A stretch of 62,424 bases of DNA, from the NCBI GenBank assembly GCA_031280785.1, contig JAITGI010000042.1, positions 1-62,424 on the forward strand, in the 5' to 3' direction. The DNA is from Candidatus Nomurabacteria bacterium (GTDB lineage: Bacteria > Patescibacteriota > Saccharimonadia > Saccharimonadales > Saccharimonadaceae). Within the stretch, counting starts at the first letter, position 1. Each line of letters begins with the position of its first letter. A program made the translations under genes and the position numbers. Positions 49,358 to 58,164 of this stretch are shown one piece after another. The notes below the pieces were generated by a model. It saw nothing but the letters and a program-made list of their open reading frames with translations, was not told the origin of the DNA and did not search any database.

Positions 49358-50989
49358 TTATTTACGTATTATATTTTTTTCCGTCGTCTCGAACACCGTA
49401 AAATAGCGCGCCAACAGCAGCCGAGTCTGCGAGTAATAGGCGCTGGCGCTGGCATAGGCGAGCGACGTCACCGGCATCAACACCCACTGCAAAACCATGA
49501 GGACATGTTTGCCCTTGCGGTAGCGCTGAGGGCGTGGCGGCAGCATCGCCAGACTCGTAAACAGTGTGATGAGCAGGCCGACCATGGCGACCTGTTGGAT
49601 GCTGCCGACCACCATAGGCAACTCGTGGGCGTAATAATTCAGCTGAGCGTCAGGATTAATCAACAGCGGCAGCCAACCACCGAATGCCACAATCGGCGCA
49701 ATTATCGCCTGGGTAACATGGCTGTCGAGCAGCCGCCAAAAACGCGCCAGCGTCGGCAAAAACTTCGTCGTCCGATCGCGCCGCCAGAGGTTTTTCGCCA
49801 CATATGCCACGTCGCTGGCGCCATACGCCCAACGCCGGACCTGAATAAATTGCGCCTTTAAACTTTTTAAATAAGTATCGGACAACACCGCGTCTTGACC
49901 GATGCTAATGCGCAACGGAACCACGCTGTAATCGCCGTCGAAATAGAAATACGACCGCCAATACTGATGTCCGTCCTCAACGATGGTGCGTTTTGACCAA
50001 AAATCCATACCGATCAAAGCCGACAACCCCTGGGCGTGGCTAGCAAAATTACGCAACAGATGCGGGCGCATCGAGCTAATCACATTCCAGAAACTATTCC
50101 CTGTCGCTACCACACGCATCGGCGCTGGCACATCCCAAATATTATTCGTGAACAAACAAATCGGCTGGAAACTAACACGCTGGCGATTGGGCGTCACGAT
50201 CCACTCATACGTCAGATACGGCAGGTATTTCGGATCAACTCGATTATCGGCGTCCAGCGTCGTGACAATCACCTGATTCGGATCAATTTTACGCTTTTTG
50301 ACATAGCTCGCAAATTTCCGCCCGGCATAGGTCGCATTCGGTCCCTTGCCCGCCACCTCGTCCGGCAGGTTGTCCGGATGCTGATACGCCACGATATCGC
50401 GAAACTTGCCGCGATATTGCCGCATCAGCTGGTCTACCGTGTCTTGCGCCGCCGCGCCGCCGCGTTGTTCGTATGCCAGGATCAGGTAAATCCGCTTTGG
50501 ATCATAGTCGCTCCCCAACAGCGCCTCGATAGTCGGCGCCACCACGTCGTAATTTTCCTTGTAAATAAACACGAAAACAGCGTGATAAATTTGACTCGGT
50601 TTAGGAAATTCGCCACTGATTTCGCTGATATGGGCCAGGTTAAGGCGATGCTGCTCGACACCGTATTCGCGACGCACGGATTTGCTGGGATTTTGGTATC
50701 TCGAAACAAACTTCGCCGGATTCTCCAACTCCGCCAAGCGCCGCGCCCAGTTGACCTTCTGGGTCTTCCTGTAAACTATGTATCCCTGGATCGTCCGATA
50801 CGCCATAGCGACCGCTTTTACAAACATGATGATAACCAACAGCAAAACAAAAATCGCCGCCGCCAGTGGGTTAAGCAAGCTCATCACGACCAACAAGATA
50901 ATGGCGCCATAGCTCAGCGCCGCCGGCAATATTTCAAAAAAACGAAACTGCGGCGTGCGTTTGCCTAGCGGGATTTCAATGTCGGTCAT
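49358..50989 (-). CDS. processive family-2 glycosyltransferase (cellulose/PNAG/chitin-synthase-like), polytopic
   Basis: GKGPNATYAG, TLDADN, VEDGHQY and QVRRW (QxxRW) motifs, flanked by TM helices. Confidence 0.8.
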   Translation of the reverse strand: MTDIEIPLGKRTPQFRFFEILPAALSYGAIILLVVMSLLNPLAAAIFVLLLVIIMFVKAVAMAYRTIQGYIVYRKTQKVNWARRLAELENPAKFVSRYQNPSKSVRREYGVEQHRLNLAHISEISGEFPKPSQIYHAVFVFIYKENYDVVAPTIEALLGSDYDPKRIYLILAYEQRGGAAAQDTVDQLMRQYRGKFRDIVAYQHPDNLPDEVAGKGPNATYAGRKFASYVKKRKIDPNQVIVTTLDADNRVDPKYLPYLTYEWIVTPNRQRVSFQPICLFTNNIWDVPAPMRVVATGNSFWNVISSMRPHLLRNFASHAQGLSALIGMDFWSKRTIVEDGHQYWRSYFYFDGDYSVVPLRISIGQDAVLSDTYLKSLKAQFIQVRRWAYGASDVAYVAKNLWRRDRTTKFLPTLARFWRLLDSHVTQAIIAPIVAFGGWLPLLINPDAQLNYYAHELPMVVGSIQQVAMVGLLITLFTSLAMLPPRPQRYRKGKHVLMVLQWVLMPVTSLAYASASAYYSQTRLLLARYFTVFETTEKNIIRK

Positions 50990-50992
50990 TTT

Positions 50993-51403
50993 CTATAAAA
51001 TATTTCCTCTGTTAAGCAGCGCCAGCGTAAAAACCGTCGCCACGGCGAAAACCGCCATTGTCAGCCACAGCACCACCAGAGCGATATTGCGTCCGCGCAC
51101 GGTGTAGAGTTTCAGACTGACCAGGATATTGACGACCGGAATTATCGCCGCCAGGAACACGAAATTCAGCAAATACGAGCCGTTCTCGCTGTTCACACAA
51201 GTGGCGCATTCAAAACCGTTGTGACGCACCGGCACACCGGGCTCGCCGATACGACCAATCGTCAGCACCAGGATTAATAACAACAAGGCTTGCAGGATTA
51301 TCACCACCCACAAGGTCACGAAAACTCGGCTCTTGGCGGTTTCCCGGAGCGCGCTCTTTATCTGGTCAACTCGCTGGGGAGTCGGTTTGTCATTTTGCTT
51401 CAT
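50993..51403 (-). CDS. small membrane protein downstream of the GT2 synthase
   Basis: 136-aa ORF with about 4 TM helices, 3 nt after the GT2 stop. Confidence 0.6.
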   Translation of the reverse strand: MKQNDKPTPQRVDQIKSALRETAKSRVFVTLWVVIILQALLLLILVLTIGRIGEPGVPVRHNGFECATCVNSENGSYLLNFVFLAAIIPVVNILVSLKLYTVRGRNIALVVLWLTMAVFAVATVFTLALLNRGNIL

Positions 51404-51470
51404 GACCTTATTTTACCACAAAAAGATAGAATCGACATCTCTGGCGCGTCGCGGCGGATATGGTGACCTT

Positions 51471-51542
51471 GTCATTGCGAGCGTCAGCGAAGCAATCCAT
51501 GCGATTCAGTCGGCTGGATTGCTTTACTACATTCGCAATGAC
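51471..51542. repeat. REP-like palindromic element (two nested perfect 10-bp stems)
   Basis: GTCATTGCGA..AAGCAATCCA-15 nt-TGGATTGCTT..TCGCAATGAC. Confidence 0.75.
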
Positions 51543-51569
51543 GAACAGCGAACTCGCAATAACTGGATA

Positions 51570-53521
51570 TTATTTTCGTCCTGTATTTGGCGCGGCTGGG
51601 ATAATCGAGCTAGTCGGAACACCTGCACCAGCGGATAACACACTAAACTGTGAACTGACGAATACTCCGCCGTTGAACGCAACTGTTAATGTATGGTTGC
51701 CCGCAGTCAAACTATTTAGAAACGAGTTAGATAGTTCAATCACAGTTGAGCCTTCACCAGCGGTATAGTTTGGACCAGTCAACGCCACGCCATCGACCTT
51801 AACCACGCCAGTGAACTCGCCGAAGTATTTGTCGACCACGTGGGTTAGGGTTTCGGTTGAGCCGAGAGTAAAGGACGAACCAGTCGACCAGTCATGATTT
51901 GGGTTAATCTGGTATTCGATATCGGCTATTATAGCGTCAGTCCACATATCTGCCAGCATAGGCAAACCAACCGATGCGTTGGGGTGTATTCCATCCTCGA
52001 ACGCGGTCGCCGAATTGTCTCTTGACCAATCAAAATATGACGTATCGCCAACCATCACACGCTCGTCGCCGTCAGCCAACTCCGCGTTGACTGTTTGGTA
52101 TTCTTCGAGCAAGGCTACGGCTGGCGGACTATCAGTCCGATACGGCGGATCAGAAATGACCACCAGACGCGCGCCAGTTTGCGTGAATATATCGTTTAGG
52201 ATTGCCTGCATATTTGCCTTGTATGTCGTCGCATCAACGCCCTGCCCGGCGTCATTCGTGCCAATCATAATGTGAACAATTTCATAGTCCCCGGTGTTAA
52301 TCGCGGCAACCGCTGATCCGCTTGATAATAAATCAGCAGTTTTCCAACCGCCACCGCAATTTGTGCCGACGCTAAAATCATTATTCAGGGCACCGCCCAA
52401 ATAAGCATGGTTCACGCCTTCCGACTGCTTGAACTTGCAAGCGATCGAATCGCCAACGAACAAAACTTTTGTCCTGTATGGAATCGCCGTGACATTCTCC
52501 GTGCGAGTCACATTTGAACCCGTTGCCGTCAATTCAAAATCTCCCGCTGACGGCGCAGTATAATATACCACCGCACCAAAATCATCCGCGGCAAGTAACT
52601 CGACCTGGTTATTATTCAGGGGAATAGTGCCAGCCGCGTCGCTCGTCCATACGCCGCCCGCACCGCTGTCCGACAGGGTGATAGTGTCGGCGGAACTGGC
52701 ATGAAGACTTATCTGCACCGAGTTGCCATAGGAGACAAAATTATCGCGAATCGCCATGCCTAAATTACTATCAGCGTCAAGCCGATAAAGGGCAGCCTCG
52801 TCCTTAACTTGACCTGATTTCGTGCCCAAGAATCCCCATGCCCCGGCAACGTCAATGGTGTCCGTTTGGTCAAGTTTCGAGAGTGTCGCAAAAGGTGTCG
52901 CGCCGTCGTTTACGAAACTATTTACGGTCAACTGCACGCCGCCATTCACATCCTGGGCAATGAATTCCACACGCATTTTCGAGTTTGCCGGCACATTGGT
53001 GCTTCGAAACGCGATCTCGGTGGTTACCCCGTTTACGCGTTTGTGTATTTTCATATTAGAGCTTGCCCACACCTCTGCCCTATAATAATTATCGCTGTCG
53101 ACATAACGTCCATAGGTGTAACTGATATTATTGAAATTCGTATCAGACCCGCTGCCTATATTGTCTACCACGTATTCAATTTTCCCATTCAGCATATTGC
53201 TGCCGTCGCCACTGTAATATGTGCCCGGCGTTGCAAAGTTACCCGTATATCTCAGTTTTCCACCAGAAATTGAATACGGTGCCGCGGTTGTCCATTTTGT
53301 TCCTAAAACGCTCGGGTCATCAAACATATCACGATATATTTCAGTATAAACCGCGGCGGCATTTGCGTCCTGCGCAGAATTCGTAATCAAAAAACCACCG
53401 CCAACCAGCAGTGCTAATATCGCAATCCCAGCGCCAAAAAATTTCAGCCCGCGGTGACGTGAGAGAGAGTGAGAGTAGACCGCCCCACTCGGCTTCCCCT
53501 GTTAAATATTGTTTTCACCAT
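51570..53521 (-). pseudogene. lectin-like + SGNH/GDSL hydrolase surface protein gene, interrupted by a frameshift at a G4 run (or phase-variable)
   Basis: The ORF body (51570-53390) has FVGDSIA, IGTNDAG and DGIHPN. AAGGAGGTG plus ATG 53521 opens a different frame that stops after 25 codons. The signal anchor LKFFGAGIAILALLVGGGF is in the body frame but has no start codon. Adding one G at 53496-53499 restores MVKTIFNRGKPSG.... Confidence 0.65.
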
Positions 53522-53619
53522 TTTACACCTCCTTGGCACAACCCTTAAAACTATTTCGTTACTGACCATGATATAGCATAAGTTTTATAAATGCAAGCGC
53601 GGGGTCAAGAAATTCCAGT

Positions 53620-53694
53620 TTGGTGCGGGCACAGAGAGTCGAACTCTGGTCTCAACCTTGGGAAGGTCACATAATAGCCGTTATACGATGCCCG
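53620..53694 (-). tRNA. tRNA-Gly (anticodon CCC), CCA encoded
   Basis: Reverse complement GCGGGCA..TGACC-TTCCCAA-GGTTG..CAGAG-TTCGACT-CTCTG-TGCCCGC-ACCA. Confidence 0.88.
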
Positions 53695-53837
53695 CGTGCC
53701 GTCATTTTACCACAGAACGCGCGGGATTGCGAGGCGCCGGGTTTCAGGTATTGTTCACACTTGATCATAATACTAACGTCCGTCATACGCACGTTTTCCA
53801 AACATTGCGAAAACGTGAAGTTTGTAAAGAGTAGCGC

Positions 53838-54299
53838 TTATTGTTTAGTGTGTCCGCAAACCGAGTTGACGGGCAGCTGGCAGCGCTGGCACCCGGCACA
53901 AACCCCGACCAGCTCGACGAGGTGTCCGGTCGGTTTCATTCCGGCGGCGCGCGTGATTTGATGCGCCAGGCGCTCCAGCGCGAGGTTTTTGAATTTGACG
54001 CTGCGACCGCAACGCTCGCAAATCACATAGTGTTGATGGTGGCTAAAAGCATCGCCCAGTTCGTAAAGCGTCTTGAACCCGCGCGAAACTCGACGGGCGA
54101 TTTTATGTCTGGCGAACAGCGACAGAGCGCGGTAAACACTGCTGGGGTCGGCTTGCGCCGCACGCGCCACAACCTGTTTGGGCAGCAGCGGCTGATCGGC
54201 GTCCGCCAAAATCCGAAAAACTTCGGTGCGCGCCCGCGTAATTTTCAGGTGGCACGCGCGCATCGACGTCGTGAATTGCTCCAGGGTATTCTTTTGCAT
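53838..54299 (-). CDS. Fur-family metalloregulator (likely Zur)
   Basis: RITRARTEVFRIL.., HHHYVICERCGR..CAGCQ metal sites. Divergent from the ZIP transporter gene. Start at ATG 54299. Confidence 0.8.
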   Translation of the reverse strand: MQKNTLEQFTTSMRACHLKITRARTEVFRILADADQPLLPKQVVARAAQADPSSVYRALSLFARHKIARRVSRGFKTLYELGDAFSHHQHYVICERCGRSVKFKNLALERLAHQITRAAGMKPTGHLVELVGVCAGCQRCQLPVNSVCGHTKQ

Positions 54300-54311
54300 A
54301 TATTTTCCTAA

Positions 54312-54326
54312 TTGCGAATTATTTGC
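54312..54326. promoter_or_regulatory. candidate Fur/Zur operator overlapping the ZIP promoter -35
   Basis: 7-1-7 imperfect palindrome TGCGAAT-T-ATTTGCA. The ZIP promoter is TTGCAT (54322-54327), 18 nt, TATAAT (54346-54351). Confidence 0.45.
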
Positions 54327-54377
54327 ATTTATCATAGCAGTTAAATTATAATTCAGCAATAAAAGAAAGGTTAAAAA

Positions 54378-55175
54378 ATGCTACTACAAGTCATAATTTG
54401 CTCGCTCGCCGGAGGTTTGTTCTCGCTGATCGGCGGGATAATATTAACACTGACCGGCAGAGCGCGCAGTTTCGCCAGCTATACCACGGCTTTCGCGGCG
54501 GGCGCGCTGATCGCGGCGGCCTTTGTCGATATGCTGCCCGAGGCATTGGAGGGGAGCGGCGACCCGCAGCAGACCTTGTTGTTCGCGATGGGCGGCTTGG
54601 TGTTTTTCTTCCTGCTCGAAGGCGCCGTCAACTGGTTTCACAAGCACAGCCACCACGAGAGCAAACTGCACCCCGTCGTGCCGATGATTGTGCTGGGCGA
54701 CACGATTCATAATTTCATCGACGGTATCGCTATCGCAGCTGGGTTTTTGATCGACCCCGCCAGTGGCGTGATCGTAACTTTGGCGGTGGCAGCGCACGAG
54801 CTGCCGCAGGAAATCGGCGACTTCGCGATAATGCTGGACAAGGGTGTCAAGCGCCGCAAAGTCATACTAATCAACATCCTGAGTTCGCTGGTAACGACCG
54901 CCGCGGCGGTGATTTTCTTCCTGCTCGGCGAGCACAGCGACATCTCGCTGGCGCCGCTGGTAGCGATCGTGGCGGGCTTTTTCATCTATATCGCCGCCAC
55001 CGACATCATCCCGACCATCCACGGCGAAAAAAGCAAAAAAAACATCTGGAAAAAGAGCCTCCTCCTGCTCGTCGGTGTGCTGGTGGTTAGTTTCGTGATT
55101 ATCCAGCTACACGGTGTGATCGACAAATACAGCGGTCACGATGAGCACGAGCATACGCACAGTTTGGTTGAGTAA
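54378..55175 (+). CDS. ZIP family metal (zinc) transporter
   Basis: 8-TM profile with HNFIDGIAIAAGF and AHELPQEIGDFAIM motifs. Confidence 0.88.
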   Translation: MLLQVIICSLAGGLFSLIGGIILTLTGRARSFASYTTAFAAGALIAAAFVDMLPEALEGSGDPQQTLLFAMGGLVFFFLLEGAVNWFHKHSHHESKLHPVVPMIVLGDTIHNFIDGIAIAAGFLIDPASGVIVTLAVAAHELPQEIGDFAIMLDKGVKRRKVILINILSSLVTTAAAVIFFLLGEHSDISLAPLVAIVAGFFIYIAATDIIPTIHGEKSKKNIWKKSLLLLVGVLVVSFVIIQLHGVIDKYSGHDEHEHTHSLVE

Positions 55176-55193
55176 AATCCCGCCCGAGACGAC

Positions 55194-55223
55194 AAAACTC
55201 CGCCGTCGCAGGCGGAGTTTTTA
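55194..55223. terminator. bidirectional rho-independent terminator
   Basis: AAAACTCCGCC-gtcgca-GGCGGAGTTTTT lies between convergent genes. Confidence 0.8.
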
Positions 55224-55239
55224 GGTTGTCGTTCAACGC

Positions 55240-56769
55240 TTATCTTGTTCCCGTGGCAAATAACTTGTTGCCGATAACGACGACGCCAGCCAGGGTTATG
55301 ACAGTTAAACCGCCAGCTATCGCAAGTGAAATCGTGTCAAGCTCAGTCGACAAACCCGTGTTCGGCGCGCCGGGAGCAGGATTAGCCGGATTGCCGCCGG
55401 TCGGGCCACCGCTCGGCGGGTTAATACCCGTCGTCGCCCGACACGACTGCGCGCCGACCAGACCGTTATACCAGTCGGAAATCGTCATCACGTCCAGGTC
55501 GCCTTGCCCCGCTAGCGTCGCCGCGTAATCAACAATCTCACGAAAATCGCTGACTGAAACTTCCATCGAGTTGTCGGCGACCGTCGCCACGATTCGGTGA
55601 TAATTCAGAATAATCGTCGTGCCGGACGCTACGGCGTTGTCGATTTTAGTCTTGATGGCGGCGGGCGTGCTGTCGCCGCGCACTTGCTGGCGCGTCAATA
55701 GCAGCGGCTCGTCGAGATCGCCGGCTTGATTGCGGTCGATGATAGTGCGCGCCGTCTGGAAGCCCAGATCCTGCAACGCCGTCAGCGAATCGGTGTTGTG
55801 CGCCCCGTTCGGATAAGCGTAATGGTTCGCCGCGCAGGTGTAACCTCTGTCCGTCAGCCATTTTTGGTTCAGTTGAATCTCGTTCTTCTGATCCGCCACG
55901 CTGCCGAGCGTGGTCAGCGCCGTCGCGCCGTGCACGCCCAAGTCCCAACCGGCGTTATACATCTCTGCCGCCTGCGGGCTGGTCATATAACCGCTGGTGT
56001 CGACCTTGTCGCCGATCATATACGCCGTGCCGGTCAAGCCCTTACTTTTCATATATTGAAAACCTTCCGAATACTGCGAATCCCAACCGTCGTCAAAGGT
56101 GAACAGCACTTTCGGACGATCGATTCCGCCGATTTGCATATTGTCGATGAAAAAGGTCGGCGAAGTGCTGCCAATAACAACATTCAACCGAACGCGCAGC
56201 CGCGTAATCGGGTTGTTCCAGCTCGCGCCAGTCGTGGTGGCGATACTGCTTTTTGGAATGATGATGTTGTTCCAACCAATATGCAGAGCTGTGCCGTAAC
56301 TCTGATGCATAAAGAACGTGCTGCCCGAGTCAAAGAAATACAGTGCGATATTGTATATCTGGCTGAGGTCGGTCTGAGTCGGAATGTAAAGCCAGTAACT
56401 GAGCGTGTTGGTCGCCGACATATCCAGCGAAACCGTTTTGTCAACCACGACATTTCCGCTGTCAGCCGTGATTTTTAGCGCACCCGTGCCGGTTTTGAAC
56501 TGATCGGCGTTGTTTTGTATGATGGTTGGCGTGTTCGCCGATTGAGCACCGTTGAGCGTCCAGCCGTTCTCGAACTCGTCGAGCGTGCTGTATGGCGTGA
56601 TGTTATAGTTGGCGGCGCTTACAATGTTTTGCGCGATAAACCCGCCAGCGACCAGCAACGCGCCCACCGCCAGCGTTACACCGAAGATTTTGGCTCCGTG
56701 ACGTTTGTGGGTTAAGCGAAACCGCCCTGCCCCCAGTTTTTTTGTTGATGAAAATATATCGAGCACCAT
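55240..56769 (-). CDS. surface-anchored polysaccharide deacetylase (CE4/NodB) with an N-terminal carbohydrate-binding-like domain
   Basis: Signal anchor, VLFTFDDGWDSQY (NodB motif 1), and C-terminal GAPNTG, a TM segment and a basic tail. Confidence 0.8.
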   Translation of the reverse strand: MVLDIFSSTKKLGAGRFRLTHKRHGAKIFGVTLAVGALLVAGGFIAQNIVSAANYNITPYSTLDEFENGWTLNGAQSANTPTIIQNNADQFKTGTGALKITADSGNVVVDKTVSLDMSATNTLSYWLYIPTQTDLSQIYNIALYFFDSGSTFFMHQSYGTALHIGWNNIIIPKSSIATTTGASWNNPITRLRVRLNVVIGSTSPTFFIDNMQIGGIDRPKVLFTFDDGWDSQYSEGFQYMKSKGLTGTAYMIGDKVDTSGYMTSPQAAEMYNAGWDLGVHGATALTTLGSVADQKNEIQLNQKWLTDRGYTCAANHYAYPNGAHNTDSLTALQDLGFQTARTIIDRNQAGDLDEPLLLTRQQVRGDSTPAAIKTKIDNAVASGTTIILNYHRIVATVADNSMEVSVSDFREIVDYAATLAGQGDLDVMTISDWYNGLVGAQSCRATTGINPPSGGPTGGNPANPAPGAPNTGLSTELDTISLAIAGGLTVITLAGVVVIGNKLFATGTR

Positions 56770-56842
56770 TCCCTCCTTTTCTTTAATTTTTTTATAACTC
56801 GTCGCCTGGTTGGACTTGTTATGGCAATTATACTAAATGTAT

Positions 56843-56870
56843 TATAAAACCACAACCTTTTTGGCTGTGG
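56843..56870 (-). terminator. terminator downstream of tRNA-Thr
   Basis: Minus strand CCACAGCC-aaaa-GGTTGTGG followed by TTTTAT. Confidence 0.55.
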
Positions 56871-56891
56871 AAATCCAGAAAACGTCGATTG

Positions 56892-56967
56892 TGGAGCCGA
56901 TGAGCGGGCTTGAACCGCTGACCTACGCTTTACGAAAGCGCCGCTCTACCAACTGAGCTACATCGGC
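56892..56967 (-). tRNA. tRNA-Thr (anticodon CGT), CCA encoded
   Basis: Reverse complement GCCGATGTAGCTCAGTTGG..GCGCT-TTCGTAA-AGCGT..GGTTCAAGCCC..CATCGGCTCCA. Confidence 0.9.
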
Positions 56968-56983
56968 ACGCTGACCAGATTAT

Positions 56984-57008
56984 ATCAAAAATGGCTCCCG
57001 CGAGCCAT
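56984..57008 (-). terminator. hairpin terminator between tRNA-Asp and tRNA-Thr
   Basis: ATGGCTC-ccgc-GAGCCAT flanked by A5/T6 runs, so potentially bidirectional. Confidence 0.55.
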
Positions 57009-57021
57009 CTTTTTTCGATTT

Positions 57022-57098
57022 TGGCGCGCCTGACCGGATTTGAACCGGCGATCTTCGCCGTGACAGGGCGACGGATTAAACCACTTTCCCACAGGCGC
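57022..57098 (-). tRNA. tRNA-Asp (anticodon GTC), CCA encoded
   Basis: Reverse complement GCGCCTG..TCGCC-CTGTCAC-GGCGA..GGTTCAAATCC..CAGGCGCGCCA. Confidence 0.9.
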
Positions 57099-57117
57099 CT
57101 ATACCACTATTATAGCA

Positions 57118-58164
57118 CTATTCTTCCTTGATCTCAATATATTCCGTAATTTTGCCGCTCGCGCGCAAATTCTCGAACAATTTGTCGAATTCAGTCAAGT
57201 TCACGCGAATCATAGCGTATCGAACGGTGGCGTCGGTTTTCTCTGTTAATTTTATCAGGTAATAGGCGTCGATGCCGTGGATCAGGTCTGAAACCTGCCC
57301 AACGTCCATCTGGCGGGCGATTTTTATCAGACCATTTGGATCGTTATTGCTGATGTTGATTGTGCCGACGTCGCCGCCATTGGTTTTGGTGGCTTCGTCG
57401 TCGGAATTGGCGCGCGCCAGCTCGGCAAAATCAGCGCTGCCCACCTGGGTTTTCAAGTTGTTTGCCCTGGCGAGAGCGGACGTATCAACGGCAAATTGAG
57501 CCTTGCGCAGCAGTAAACGGTCACGCACAATATGGCGATAATCGTCCATCGACCAGCCGTAATAGCGCCGCAGCGCATTTTCGTAAGCCTTGTCGCTGAT
57601 GACGCCGCCGGTCTCGGATTCCAGCGTAGCGCGAATATTTTCATCGACCTCGTCACTGGTCACCGTCAGGTTTTCATCACGGGCAATTTTGCTCGCGAAA
57701 GCCACTTTTTCGCTGGCGTCGAGGTTAAATCGCCGCGTATGATTGAGCTCGCGCAGACCGTCCTCGGTCGAAAAATCACGATTGTCCTGTTTTTCCAAGT
57801 AGTAAATCGACGCCCGCACGCGCCGCATATAATCGCCGTAACGCACGGCTTCGCCATCAACGTCGGCAACCGGAATCGGCACCACGCGCGTGGCGGTATA
57901 GTAAAAATCGCCGGTGTCCTGGGCGCGATACAGCAGCCACCAACTGGCGACCAAAAACGCCACCAGCGCCAAAACCGAAACAATCGCCGCGTTGACCAAA
58001 ATCCGGTGCTTCGTGACTTGCAAAGGATATTTGAATTTCCGCCCCGATTCCAAGGCTTTTTCGCGGTGTTCCTCGATATTCGACTGCGTAATCGGACCGT
58101 GCGGCTTGTCCTCGCCTGGGTCTTTCTTGATCTTGCTGATAACTTTATTCAACTGTGGTTTCAT
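57118..58164 (-). CDS. SurA/PrsA-like peptidyl-prolyl isomerase (parvulin domain), membrane anchored
   Basis: N-terminal TM, SurA_N-like region, and parvulin-like C-terminus (FAELARANSDD..GGDVG). Confidence 0.7.
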   Translation of the reverse strand: MKPQLNKVISKIKKDPGEDKPHGPITQSNIEEHREKALESGRKFKYPLQVTKHRILVNAAIVSVLALVAFLVASWWLLYRAQDTGDFYYTATRVVPIPVADVDGEAVRYGDYMRRVRASIYYLEKQDNRDFSTEDGLRELNHTRRFNLDASEKVAFASKIARDENLTVTSDEVDENIRATLESETGGVISDKAYENALRRYYGWSMDDYRHIVRDRLLLRKAQFAVDTSALARANNLKTQVGSADFAELARANSDDEATKTNGGDVGTINISNNDPNGLIKIARQMDVGQVSDLIHGIDAYYLIKLTEKTDATVRYAMIRVNLTEFDKLFENLRASGKITEYIEIKEE

